64,000 nt of DNA from an uncultured Verrucomicrobiae bacterium (GTDB taxonomy: Bacteria > Verrucomicrobiota > Verrucomicrobiia > Limisphaerales > JAFGQR01). The notes under the pieces are model-generated. The model was given only the letters and a program-made list of their open reading frames with translations, was not told the DNA's origin and did not search any database. The DNA lies in contig CAWBHS010000059.1 of assembly GCA_963788655.1 (NCBI GenBank), forward strand, positions 32,001-96,000, in the 5' to 3' direction. The translations under genes were made by a program, and so were the position numbers. Positions 38,668 through 50,057 of the stretch are shown piece after piece (position 1 is the first letter of the stretch; each line of letters begins with the position of its first letter).

Positions 38668-39142
38668 AGCGTGCTGTTGGCGTCCCGCCGACAGAATCGA
38701 ATGTCGCCGGCACGTCCGAAGGCCCATTTCCGTCGGGAGCGCCTACTTGGGTCCGCTCTGCCGGCAAGATGCCGGCAGCACGCTGGGGCAACGTGCTGTT
38801 GGCGTCCCGCCGGCAGAAACGAAAGCCCGAGGCCCCGGCGAACCGAGGCCGACTTCCGCGGCGCCTGGTGCGCTCGACGTTGCTTGCAATTCGTGGCGTC
38901 CTCTTCCGTTCGGTTTGCCGGCAAGATGCCGGCAACACGTTGGGGCTGGCGCCGAATCGTGGGTGCCCGTTTGGGAAAGGCGGTCAATGAGTCGCGCCAG
39001 CGTTTGGAGTGCGCGGAGCTTGCTCCCGCTTTCCTTTGGCGCCGGGGGACCGCAAAGAACCGAGTCGTGCGTCAGAAATTTGTTCCCTTGTTTCCAGCCG
39101 AAAACGCCGGCAAGCCGGGCGCACTCCAAACGCTTCGCGACG
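38668..39142. repeat. REP-like cluster (two alternating family-B pairs plus a family-A pair)
   Basis: gtgctgttggcgtcccgccg / tgccggcaagatgccggca repeated twice; gcgtttggagtgcgcggagcttgctcccgcttt and the inverse at ~39102. Confidence 0.8.
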
Positions 39143-39294
39143 TTCGGAAGTCATCGGCGATTCGCGCACTGGTTGGACATCGTTTACCATCAGGGCCGCC
39201 ATGACCGCGCACCAACGGGTGACCTCAATTCGAACGCGCAGTTTCCGTTCGGCGTGGTATTGCCTGCCGCGTTGTAATTGGGCAATAGTCGGGC

Positions 39295-40584
39295 ATGTCT
39301 GAATCCAAATTGGACTTTGCAGTGACGCGCTTGGGCGAAGCCCGATTTTCTTCGCCCATGAAATTTGTCGAGTTTGCCGACGAACGCCGACGGGTGCTTT
39401 GCAGCGCCGACCTGGAAGAAATCAAAGCCGACCTGGACCAAGACTGCGAACCGCCGGCCTTCGAATTAGCGGGTCCTCGCGAACGCATCTTCTTTGATCC
39501 GGCGCAGGTCAAGTGCGGGATTGTGACGTGCGGGGGGCTCTGTCCGGGATTGAATGATGTGATCCGCGCGATTGTTCTGAGCCTGTATTTTCACTACGGC
39601 GTCCGAACGATTTACGGATTCCGTTACGGCTACGAAGGGCTCATTTCCCGTTACGGCCATCGGCCACTCGCGCTGGATCCGGAGGTCGTGGACCACATCG
39701 GTGACAAGGGCGGCACCATCCTGGGATCGTCGCGGGGCGACCAAAACGCCGCCGAAATGGTGACCAACCTCAAGCAGATGGGCGTGAGCATCCTCTTCAC
39801 CATCGGTGGCGACGGCACGCAGCGCGGCGCGAATGCCATTGCCACCGAAGCGTTGCGACGGGGGCTTGACCTGGCGGTGGTCGGCATTCCCAAGACCATT
39901 GATAACGACATTTCCTTTGTCCAAAACTCGTTCGGTTTTTACACGGCGGCCGCGGAGGCGGGTCGGGTGGTTACCACGGCGCACAACGAAGCCAAAGGGG
40001 CGCGCAACGGCGTGGGCCTGGTGAAACTGATGGGGCGCGAATCCGGTTTCATTGCCGCCTATTCGGCGCTGGCCTCCAGCGAAGTGAATTTCTGCCTGGT
40101 CCCCGAAGTGCCGTTCACCCTCGAGGCCTTCCTGACGGCGCTCAAAATCCGACTGGAACAGCGCGGCCACGCCGTGGTTGTGGCGGCGGAAGGCGCCGGC
40201 CAGGAATTGTTGCCGACCGCGACGGAACGCGATGCTTCGGGCAACCGTCGGCCGGGTGACATTGGCATTTTTCTGCGCGACCGGATCAAGGCTCACTTCA
40301 AGCAAATGGGGATGGAGATGAATTTGAAATACATTGATCCCAGCTACACCATCCGCGGCATTCCGGCCAACGCGTACGATTCGGCGTTCTGCCTGATGCT
40401 GGGCCAGAACGCCGTGCATGCGGGCATGGCCGGATGCACTAACATGATCGTAGGCAACTGGCGCGATGAATACACGCACGTGCCGATTCCGCTCGCCACG
40501 GCCCAACGCAAGAAGATCAATCCGCGGGGCTGGATGTGGAGCAACGTGCTGGCCTGCACCGGCCAACCCCGGGACATGCGTTGA
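39295..40584 (+). CDS. pfkA: ATP-dependent 6-phosphofructokinase
   Basis: TCGGLCPGLN, GGDGT, PKTIDND, KLMGRESG and YIDPSY. Confidence 0.95.
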   Translation: MSESKLDFAVTRLGEARFSSPMKFVEFADERRRVLCSADLEEIKADLDQDCEPPAFELAGPRERIFFDPAQVKCGIVTCGGLCPGLNDVIRAIVLSLYFHYGVRTIYGFRYGYEGLISRYGHRPLALDPEVVDHIGDKGGTILGSSRGDQNAAEMVTNLKQMGVSILFTIGGDGTQRGANAIATEALRRGLDLAVVGIPKTIDNDISFVQNSFGFYTAAAEAGRVVTTAHNEAKGARNGVGLVKLMGRESGFIAAYSALASSEVNFCLVPEVPFTLEAFLTALKIRLEQRGHAVVVAAEGAGQELLPTATERDASGNRRPGDIGIFLRDRIKAHFKQMGMEMNLKYIDPSYTIRGIPANAYDSAFCLMLGQNAVHAGMAGCTNMIVGNWRDEYTHVPIPLATAQRKKINPRGWMWSNVLACTGQPRDMR

Positions 40585-40704
40585 AAGGCGGGACCACGAT
40601 CCGTCCGCGAACAATCCGACCCGATGAAACTCACTTCCACCAAGAGCCACGTTATATTTAGGCGTCTGAATCTGTTCGAATCGCAAAGACGTTTTGGGCA
40701 ACTC

Positions 40705-40790
40705 TGTTTCACCGCAAAGGCACGAAGAGCGCAAAGAGTCTCACCAACTCCCACCATCCTTTGTGCTCTCGGTGCCTTTGCGGTGAAACA
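40705..40790. repeat. Inverted repeat pair (caccgcaaaggcac family)
   Basis: tgtttcaccgcaaaggcac ... gtgcctttgcggtgaaaca. Confidence 0.75.
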
Positions 40791-40900
40791 AGCCACCCAT
40801 TCCAAAGGGGGCTCACGTCCTTGGGTAGTTTTTCAGCTAAACAACCAGGACTCCACCAATAACCACGCAAGAGTTCATTCACCCACACCGTTTTGATCCT

Positions 40901-42460
40901 ATGGCCCACACCATCTTAAAAATCGGCAGCCTCGTTTTGCTCGGTTGGCTGTTGACCCTGGCACTTCCGTTGCGCGCGGCTTCGGCGACAGACCACGGCG
41001 CCAGTGTCAGCTCGGACACCACCTTTCCTCCGTCCTTGGAAAGCTACGGCGACGCGAACGTGGGCAGCTTATGGGAGGTATTGAAGCACCGCGTTGAGAA
41101 AGAACCGTTCAACCTCTGGGCCACTTTGCTCTTTCTGGCGGCGATCGTTCACACTTTCTTCACGCACAAGTTTCGCCATCTCTCCCACGTGCTCGAAGAC
41201 CGCAACAAGGAGCGCATCCGCCAAACCGGCCGAACCGCGGAAGCCAAACCCTACGTGGACGCCAAGGACGACGTGAGTATTCCGGCGCGCATCTTTCACT
41301 TCCTGGGCGAAGTGGAAGCAGTGTTCGGGATTTGGGTGGTTCCGCTGCTGGTGTTGATGTATCTGCGGGTGGGCGTCGGCCCGGCCAAGGATTACCTCGC
41401 GCACAAAGTCAATTACCAGGAACCGATCTTCGTGGTGGTCATCATGGCGATTGCCGGCACCCGGCCCATTCTGCGGCTGGCAGAAAAGTGCCTGCGACTG
41501 TTTGCCCGGGTGGGCAACGGAACGCCCGCCGCGTGGTGGCTGTCCATTCTCACGTTGGGCCCGTTGCTGGGTTCGTTCATCACCGAGCCCGCGGCCATGA
41601 CCATTGCCGCATTGCTGCTCGCCAAGCAGTTTTATGTCCTCAAGCCGCGGCCTCGTTTTGCATACGCAACGCTGGGCTTGCTCTTCGTCAACATCTCGGT
41701 GGGCGGCACCCTCACACATTTCGCCGCGCCGCCGGTGTTGATGGTGGCCAATTCGTGGAAGTGGGACACGGCGTTCATGTTCACGCATTTTGGCTGGATT
41801 GCGGTCATTGGCATCCTCATTTCCAACGCGCTTTACTTCTTCATATTTCGCAAAGACTTTGCCCGGCTGAATCCGGTGGGCGCCGATGAGAACGATGTGA
41901 AACATTGGAACGAACGGGACGAGCCGATCCCGCTCTGGGTGACCTTAACCCACGTGTTCTTCATGGCCATGGCGGTGATAAACGCTCACTACACGCCCCT
42001 GCTGATCGGTTGGTTCCTGTTCTTCATCGCCTTTTACGAAGTCACCGAGGATTACCAGGCGCATTTCCAGTTGCGCTCGCCAGTCCTGGTGGGCTTCTTC
42101 CTGGCGGGATTGGTGATTCACGGCGGATTGCAGCAATGGTGGATCGCGCCCGTGCTGGGACGCTTGAGCGAACTGCCACTTATGCTCAGCGCCATTGGCC
42201 TAACTGCGTTCAATGACAACGCGGCCATCACCTACCTGAGCACCCTCGTGCCGAACTTGTCGGAAGGCATGAAATACGCCGTGGTCGCCGGCGCGGTTAC
42301 GGGCGGGGGGCTGACAGTCATCGCCAATGCTCCCAATCCGGCTGGCCAATCCATCCTCAACCGACACTTCCCCGACGGCATTTCGCCGCTGGGTTTGCTC
42401 CTTGGTGCGCTGGCGCCCACTGCCATCATAACCCTATGCTTCATCCTGCTGGGCGGCTAG
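40901..42460 (+). CDS. Putative Na+/H+ antiporter (DUF1504 family)
   Basis: HFLGEVEAVFG, GSFITEPAAMT, FAAPPVLMV, DNAAITYL and GGGLTVIANAPNPAG. Confidence 0.88.
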   Translation: MAHTILKIGSLVLLGWLLTLALPLRAASATDHGASVSSDTTFPPSLESYGDANVGSLWEVLKHRVEKEPFNLWATLLFLAAIVHTFFTHKFRHLSHVLEDRNKERIRQTGRTAEAKPYVDAKDDVSIPARIFHFLGEVEAVFGIWVVPLLVLMYLRVGVGPAKDYLAHKVNYQEPIFVVVIMAIAGTRPILRLAEKCLRLFARVGNGTPAAWWLSILTLGPLLGSFITEPAAMTIAALLLAKQFYVLKPRPRFAYATLGLLFVNISVGGTLTHFAAPPVLMVANSWKWDTAFMFTHFGWIAVIGILISNALYFFIFRKDFARLNPVGADENDVKHWNERDEPIPLWVTLTHVFFMAMAVINAHYTPLLIGWFLFFIAFYEVTEDYQAHFQLRSPVLVGFFLAGLVIHGGLQQWWIAPVLGRLSELPLMLSAIGLTAFNDNAAITYLSTLVPNLSEGMKYAVVAGAVTGGGLTVIANAPNPAGQSILNRHFPDGISPLGLLLGALAPTAIITLCFILLGG

Positions 42461-42691
42461 CGGTTGGGAGCTTGGAGCTCTTTGGCCCTCCGTTGGATTT
42501 GGGGCGAGCGGGAATGCCGAAGGGCAGCATCGTTTGCGCAGGTTCAGCCTCTGGGTCGCGACTCAGATGGGCCATTTATATCGAGGACCAGAGGGCAAAT
42601 ATTCAAGAAACTCAATTCGCCCTTGCCCCTCAAGATTTTCCGCGGCCCGACCAGTAAAGTTGCACGAAGGTCGCTCCGCCCACCCGGCTGC

Positions 42692-44641
42692 TTAAGCCGC
42701 TTCGGAGCTGATCTTCTTCGCGGTTTGCGGATCGCCACCGTCCAAACGGGTGCGGACGGTTTGCGCCAACACTTGCGGCCGGTAAGGCTTCTGGATGAAG
42801 TTCACCCCTTCGATCAACTCTTCCTCTGTCGCCCCCACGAGGTCCGCACTGTAACCGCTGGTGAAGATAACTTTCAGCTTCGGATTCTTGACGCGCAGCT
42901 TTTCAACCAGTTGGCAGCCGGTCAGGCCTTCCGGCATGACAACGTCGGTGACCAACAGATCCACTTTGCCGTCCAGTTCCTCCCAGACTTCCAGGGCATG
43001 CATGCCGTTGTTGGCGGTCACAATCCGGTAGCCGTAACGTTCGAGAATGCTTTGCACCAACGCCAGCAGACCGGGCTCATCCTCGACCAACAGGATTTTT
43101 TCCTTCCCGCCCACTTGAGTGAATGGTGCGGGTTTGGCCGATGGCGTCTCGGTTTCGGCAGCAACGTCGGTCGCCGGGAGAAAGATTTTGAAGGTCGTCC
43201 CCTGACCCGGCTGGCTGACCACTTCGATCCAGCCCTTGTGCTGCTGGACAATACCATAGGCGGTAGCCAATCCGAGGCCGGAACCCTTGCCAACGTCCTT
43301 GGTTGTAAAGAACGGTTCAAAGATTCGGTTCACCGCGCTTGGCTCCAGTCCGCGCCCGGTGTCGGCCACGGACAAACACGCGAAATTGCCAACCCGCGCC
43401 TCTGGTTTCAGGCGAACGTAGTGGGCATCGACCGCGAAAGCCGAAGTATGGACTGTGACCTGCCCGCCCTTGGGCATGGCATCGCGGGCATTCATCACCA
43501 GGTTCATGATGATCTGCTCGAGCATGCCGGTGTCGGCTTGGATCAAGGGCACGTCGCCCGAGAAATCGAAGCGCAAGGCGATGTCCTCGCCCAGGGTGCG
43601 CAAGAGCATGTTGGACATGCCGTGGATCACCAGGTTGAGATCGAGGGTGTTCGGTTTGATGACTTGTTTGCGGCTGAACGTCAACAGTTGGCGGGTGAGG
43701 TTGGCGCCCCGTTCGGCCGCGGTGGTGATTTGCTTCAAGGAGGTCAAACTACTGGGCTCCATCGTGGGCTCGGTTTGCAGCAGGCTGGTATGCCCCTGAA
43801 TCACACACAGGAGATTGTTGAAGTCGTGCGCAAATCCGGCGGCCAGCTTGGTGATGGCCTCCAGTTTCTGGGCTTGGCGCGCGTGGATTTCCCGGTTGGA
43901 CCGTTCCGTCAAATCGTAGCACGTCCACAAGACGCACTCCCGTCCGGCGAAGGTCACGACTTCCGCCGAGGCGGCCACGGTCAGCAGTTCCCCCGCCGAT
44001 GAACTTAAGGTGCATTCGACGTCCCGGACGGACCGTTGGTCGCGGACCAACTCCCACCAACTGTCGCGCGCATGGGTATCCGGCCACAATTTCAAATTCA
44101 AATCACTCTGCTCAATGACCTGCCCGCGTTCCCAGCCGATCAAGTTCAGAAAGCTCTCGTTGGCCTCGAGGCAACGCAATTCGTTCAAGGTGCAAATGCA
44201 GTGCGCCGCCGGGGACGCCGCAAACGCCCGCGCCCACTCGGAGGCGGCCTGGTGACCGGCGTCGTGCTTGGCTTGTGCCGACTGTTCGTTGGCCTGGGAA
44301 TTCGCCAGCTCCTCGCTCCTCCGGTTGAATTCGGCGGCCAGCTCGGCCACATCATCGTCCCCGGCGACCGGCACCGGATGGCTCCAATCTCCGGTTTCCC
44401 GTTGGTGGCGGATCGCCCGCAACAGGCAGCCGGTCCGCGCCAGCGCCAGCTCATTCAACAGCAGGATGGCCGTCAGCAGCAACCCACCGCCGCCAACCAG
44501 CAACCGGGACCATGTCCCCGCCGGTTGCGCGCCCGGCGCCGCTGTCGAACCGCCGAACTGGGCGAAAGCCACATAGAGCAATCCAGCCAAAGTGACGAGG
44601 GCCACCCCGGTCACACATGTAAGCCTCGTACTTGAAGTCAT
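42692..44641 (-). CDS. Hybrid sensor histidine kinase (HAMP-PAS-HisKA-HATPase-REC)
   Basis: AHDFNNLL, NLVMNARDAM, FFTTK..GKGSGLGL and the REC motifs LLVEDE/TDVVMP/KPY. Confidence 0.95.
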   Translation of the reverse strand: MTSSTRLTCVTGVALVTLAGLLYVAFAQFGGSTAAPGAQPAGTWSRLLVGGGGLLLTAILLLNELALARTGCLLRAIRHQRETGDWSHPVPVAGDDDVAELAAEFNRRSEELANSQANEQSAQAKHDAGHQAASEWARAFAASPAAHCICTLNELRCLEANESFLNLIGWERGQVIEQSDLNLKLWPDTHARDSWWELVRDQRSVRDVECTLSSSAGELLTVAASAEVVTFAGRECVLWTCYDLTERSNREIHARQAQKLEAITKLAAGFAHDFNNLLCVIQGHTSLLQTEPTMEPSSLTSLKQITTAAERGANLTRQLLTFSRKQVIKPNTLDLNLVIHGMSNMLLRTLGEDIALRFDFSGDVPLIQADTGMLEQIIMNLVMNARDAMPKGGQVTVHTSAFAVDAHYVRLKPEARVGNFACLSVADTGRGLEPSAVNRIFEPFFTTKDVGKGSGLGLATAYGIVQQHKGWIEVVSQPGQGTTFKIFLPATDVAAETETPSAKPAPFTQVGGKEKILLVEDEPGLLALVQSILERYGYRIVTANNGMHALEVWEELDGKVDLLVTDVVMPEGLTGCQLVEKLRVKNPKLKVIFTSGYSADLVGATEEELIEGVNFIQKPYRPQVLAQTVRTRLDGGDPQTAKKISSEAA

Positions 44642-45002
44642 GGCATAATTCTTCCAAAGCCCGGAGCGCCACAAGGGCTAGTTGGTTGGCGGTTCCGTGC
44701 AGAGTTTAACCCGTTAATCCCCGACTCCAAAGGAAGTGCGGCTGCATCTCCCGGTGGAAGTCTTGATTATATGTCGGCGCCGCCGGGAATTCCTGAAGAC
44801 CTTGTTTGGCAGGCGAATTGGCGCGGGTGAGCCTTGGCCGACAGCCCCAAGCAATCCGGGTCGAAACCGCTCACGGTTGGCAAAAGCAGATTGCCACGTG
44901 GCCGCGAAGCAGCTATTTGTCTCGAAACGTTTTGATAACTCCGATGCTCTTCGCCGTCCAACTGCCTGACGCGCACGACTTACGTTGAATTGATTTACGC
45001 CT

Positions 45003-45506
45003 ATGACCTCATCGCAATTATTTGCCGCCATGCCGCCGACACTGGCGACGGAAATTCTGGAATTTGCCTTTGCCAACGACAAGCAGCTTTACCGGACCAC
45101 CCTGAACGCCGTGGCGCAAGCCCGCCGGGTGCGGCCCGTGTTCCTCGAGCGTCAACCGCGCGTCGAACGCTTTGCCAACATGGCCACCAGCTTGAGCCGT
45201 TCCCCGCTGATTCTGGCCGCTAACAGCCTGATTAGCACCTGGTTGCTCAAGAAACATGAGTCCATCCTGATCACCTTCCTGGATGCCCTCAAGATTCCGC
45301 ACGAAAAAGGGGTGGTGGAAGAATTGCCGTCCTCGGTGGACGACGAGGCCTTGAAAGCGGCGGTCAACCTACTGGTGGTCAAGTTCCCCGCGCAAATCGT
45401 GGCCATTTATCTGCACGCCTTCAACGAGATGAATGAAGCGCACTGGCCGAATCTCGAAACCATGCTTCAGGACGATTCGCGCCTCCAAATCCACCGCGAT
45501 CGGTAA
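45003..45506 (+). CDS. Conserved hypothetical protein
   Basis: 167-aa ORF with good coding character (FLDALKIPHEKGVVEELP). Confidence 0.75.
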   Translation: MTSSQLFAAMPPTLATEILEFAFANDKQLYRTTLNAVAQARRVRPVFLERQPRVERFANMATSLSRSPLILAANSLISTWLLKKHESILITFLDALKIPHEKGVVEELPSSVDDEALKAAVNLLVVKFPAQIVAIYLHAFNEMNEAHWPNLETMLQDDSRLQIHRDR

Positions 45507-45763
45507 GGCCGAAGTAATGCCCAAGGACCAGAGAATGACCAAAGACCACGCTCTGGTCAGACGGCCGCGGCTCGTTCAAGTTTGAATTGGGTTTGGGGGA
45601 TTGGGTGTTCTTCCCGCACACTGTGGCTAACTCCGGGGATTTAGCGCTTCAGTCCTTCAACCCGAATAACACCTCCCTGCGCACGATATGCCGATTGCCG
45701 GCAAGCCAGGATGTGCAGGATGTTGTCCAAGATGGCATCAAGCCGTTTGCCCACCTTCGCCGC

Positions 45764-46069
45764 TCAGGCTCCCGGTCGCTTGTATTGCGGTATCTTGAGC
45801 GTCTCACCATCCCGGAGCGCTGATTGGTGCGCCACGAATTGGCACACTCCGTAACCGACAATACCGACGTGGACTTTGCGTTCCGAGAACGGCTGCCAGG
45901 GCCGCCGCTCGGCCGGCAAATCAGCCCCTTCCGTTTTACCGGCGAAGCCACCGACCAACAACGCGCCCAACGAACCGGCGCCGAACGTTCCCAGGAAATC
46001 ACGCCGCGGGATGGATGGTTGAGATGGGGAGGATTGCTCTCCGTTCAGGAATGGATTTGACCTGTTCAT
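45764..46069 (-). pseudogene. Gfo/Idh/MocA oxidoreductase with large internal deletion
   Basis: Tat signal RRDFL and Rossmann start KVHVGIVGYGVC are fused directly to the C-terminal-like AHQSALRDGETLKIPQY. Confidence 0.7.
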
Positions 46070-46136
46070 ACCGCGCAATATGGGCGCGGTGCGGGCGGAT
46101 GAAAAGGAATAACCAGGGGGCGCCGCTCGGGCGCAG

Positions 46137-49100
46137 TCATTGAAACGTCAGTTCGCCCCAATGCTGCGGTTCCAGTTTCAGCTCGAACACGGCATCATCC
46201 ACGATGCCGGTGTGCTGGTTGTTCCAGTAGTTGCGCAACCGGGTGCGCTGGCCGGCGGGATCGCCGTACGTCACTCCAAAGTCGCCATGCAGACGCATCC
46301 CATCAGTCGGTTGCACATCCAGCAGCGATAGCGGAACCGCCGCCTCCACCAGATAGCTGTTCCGGCGCAAAGTGACTTTGATTTGGACTTCGGACAACAC
46401 CTCCACCCTGTCCACGATGTATTCCTTGACCACACCGGAGCTGAATGTTTTCGGATGCTTGATCTTGGCGATTGGACGATAAAAGACTGCCGTGGGCGCG
46501 CCTTTGAAATTGCCGATGGAAAGCCGCAGATCGCCCAACCCGGCTTGGTCCCGTTTTGGATCGGCATGGGCGTCCGTGCCGAGTTGGAAGTCCACGGTGT
46601 CGCCGCTCAAATAGAGGTTCTCCGGCGTTTGGGCGCCATTGATCCACGGTGTCTGGTCGTGAACGTCCCAGGCCAGATAAAGCGTCTGGTTATCCCACGC
46701 GGTGACGCTGCGAACGGCGGTATCGTCGGTCTTTTGGTAGCGGACGATTTCCGCGCCTTGGAAATCCCGGTCAAGATTTCCAGTGAACTTCGGCGTGAGC
46801 TTCTTCACGGCAAGCCGCCGCGTACCGACGGTCGTCTGCAACTGCTGTTCGCGAAGAGTCCGTGCCTTTTCCACGTCTGCGGCAGTAACTGTGATCGATC
46901 TTTCGCGCGAGGAGCCGGCATCTGATTGAGCGAGTTTCCGCACCGTCTCCAAGCCCGTGACCTCCAAGTTCCAAAACGCTGTCTTACCGGCCTGCACATA
47001 CAGTTTGCCATCCGGACCTTGGGCAATGCTGCCGCCAAAATCTTCGCCCCCCATGCCCGGCGGACAATGCGTCATGTCCGCGCCCGGCACCGCTCGCTCC
47101 GGCCACTTCACCTTCATCGGATCGCCCTCGAAGAGGCGGGTCAGATAGAAACCGTCTTCGGTCAGGAGGTGCCATTCCCCGACGTTGGTGGGAATGACCC
47201 ACACATTACCAATGGGCTTGGGCAACTGCGCCGTGCCGCACGGACCGTACGAACCGCGAATCATACCGACTGTGGGCGGGCAGGCATTGTGCGAGCCGTG
47301 AACGCCGTTGAAGTTGTCCGGATAGGTCCAGCGAATCTGCCCGCTCGCGATGTCGGCGCACGTGAACAAGGTGTGCGTTTCTCCATAGGCACCACCGCGC
47401 AGCACAAAGCGTCCATCGGCGGAGCCCATTCCACTGATGGGCATTTTCACCGGCTTCGCCAAATCGTACTTCGGCGCGCCACAGGCCGTGAAGCCGATGG
47501 CCTTGAATTGGTTCGCGCCGCTGTAGAGCGTGAGGTCCGGAGCCAGGTTCATATACCAACTGCTGAACCGCAGTTCGCCGTCCGTGCCGGAGATTTCTTC
47601 GGGCTGGCGTTGGCCGTCGCCATTGGCATCGGACCAAACCATCGTGTGCGCCGCCTTGCCGGTTTGGCCATGACCGGTCGTGCCGAACTCTTCGCCGGCT
47701 TTGTCCGTGTAAAAGATCGTCGTGCGCAACCGGTAATCCGCGTCGCCGAGGCGCTCGTAGATGTTCAACGGCCCGGTGTTGAACGCCCAGTTGCCCGCCA
47801 CCGCGAGATAGAGTCGTCCGTTTGCGCCCCGCGCAAAGCGCGAGTTTTCCATACCATTGCGGGTGATGACGGTCGTGCAGTGGGCGCGACCGGTTTGCGG
47901 GTCAAGCCGCCATTCGCAACCCTGGCCAACCATCACGTTCGGATCGGCCGGACAGATCGCACCACCCAGGGCACCGTAACTGGAAGGGCCGAAGAACTCC
48001 TTCACCAATTGGCCGGTTTGGGTGTCCCATACGCTGATGCGTTTCGGCGTGCCGTCGGCCTCCGCGACCCAAAGCTTGCCCTCCGCGTCGATGTCCATGC
48101 GGTTAAGGAACCGCATCCCGTCGGACTGCCAGAGGCCAAGCAATTGACGGCCTCCCGCCCGGCCAATGGTGAGGACGGTTTCCTGGCCTTGCTTGACGAC
48201 AACCTGGTTTTCGGGATCACGTTTGCCAAGGTAAACGCGACCATCTTTGATCAGCAGTTGCGGGGAGTTTTTCGCATTCTTGCCATAAGGCAATTGGTGG
48301 TTTTGGACGAGTTTGCCGGACGCCGGGTCCAATTCCATTAACACTTCCGCGACGTGGAATGCCAACCACAGCTTGCCGTGGTTGAAGAACATTTCGTCCG
48401 CTTTTTCAGGTTTCGTCGTGGCATCGGCCGGCCACAGATTCTTGATCTTCAAATCGGCGCTGTCGGTTCCATCCCATTTCAAGTAGCTGCCATCTTTGGC
48501 GCTGAGCTTGTAGAGGTTCGCGCCTTCCGCGTCCTTGCCGACATTGCCGCCGAGCACGTACAGCACGCCGGCGTCAGCGGCCAACGCCTTCACGCCGGCC
48601 ATGCCACCGCGATTGTTGCTCCACTGGACGCGGCCCTGGAGATCGCAAGCCAGCACGGACTTGCCGGCTTCGGCGCCGTTCCAACCGAGATAGACCTGCC
48701 GGTCGTCCGCGGTCACGGCCACGGGCACGCCATGGTCGCCGCCCCAATTGCCTTTGCCGTCGGGGCTGTCCCACGGTGACTGCCCGCCGTTGCACGCCCA
48801 ACCGCGTAATTTCAGGCCGATGCCGGTATGCACCAACGCACTCCACGTGTACTGGCCGGGCGGCACTGGTTCGCCGGGGCGCGTCCATGACCACGTGGTC
48901 AGGCCGTCCCATTTCACTTCGTGTTGGCCTTGGGTGAAGAACGCACAGTTGAGTAACTGCCGGACTACCTGGCCGTCGGCGTTTCTTAGGTTCAAGGAAA
49001 GGTAACCGTCGAAGGGCATGTTGAAGGGGATCGGGATGAAGCCAGGAAGTTCCTCCGTCTGCCTCAACCCGGACCAATCGACGACCAGTGTGTCTCCTGC

Positions 49101-49902
49101 GCTGTGAACCGGAAACTCGCGCGCGTCGGCCAGTCGAACGGGCTGCGGCACCACGTTGCGGCGGGCTTCCAACGTTGCCGTGCCCCAGCAACGACTTGCC
49201 ATGAACGTAAACACGCGATCCGGGGTGATCCCGGGCTTGAAAATGTCTTTGACCGAAAGGCGGCCCTTCGCGCCGATGGTGAAATTCGGCTCGATGGTCA
49301 GCGTGAAGGCATCGCCGGCCTTGAGCGGTTGGCCGTCGCGCGTGAGCAGTTTCCAGGGCAACGCGATTTCTTGAACATACCCTTTCCCATTCGCATCGAC
49401 GGTGAAGGCCTGCTGTGCGCCGCCTGTTTTCTTGGCGTCTTCGATCACGCCTTCCTTGAAATCGCGACCCTGCTCGAGCTTGATCACATCCGCCCCGTCA
49501 CGCCCTTTCCAACAGGTAAAATGCTGGCCACGTTCCTGCGGCGTGCCGGGCGCGGTGAGGGTGCGTACCTTGCAGACAGTCACCGGCGAAACCGTAATCG
49601 GCAATGGTCTGGCCGGGATTGTTCAGTGGTGTTTCGTCAATGAAATGGGCCAGGAGGTAAAGATTCTCCGCGTCATACATCGCGTGAAACCACAAGGCGA
49701 ATCGCGCACGCTGGTTCTGGACGTCGTCACAAGTGAAGATGCCGCCCGACAGATCCCAATCGTTCGCGTTGCCATCGATGGTCATGTTGCCCGGCGTCGG
49801 CAACACCCGGAGGCCAAGGTTTTCAGTGGGCGTCGCCCGGGCATAAGTCGCAAAGGACAGGCTGACGGACAAAGAGGAGAGTATGAGCAAATGTCGGTGC
49901 AT
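46137..49902 (-). CDS. Large secreted protein (CBM9-like, FlgD-Ig-like and beta-propeller domains), frameshift ~49570
   Basis: Signal MHRHLLILSSLS..., IDGNANDW, VVRQLL..WDG, WGGDHG, WSDANGDG and C-terminal WDNQTLYLAWDV.D.TP. Confidence 0.8.
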
Positions 49903-50057
49903 AAACTGGTGCAACTTGTTTTGCCAGAACAGGCGTGTTTTCGCAGCAGGAAAGTGCAGGAGATCGCGACTGCGTGGCCAGTCACCTTGGTATAGGTGCC
50001 GCTTTTCCCCGAAACCTTTTGTCGTCACTGGTTATTTTTAGGCTATATTCGAAACCG

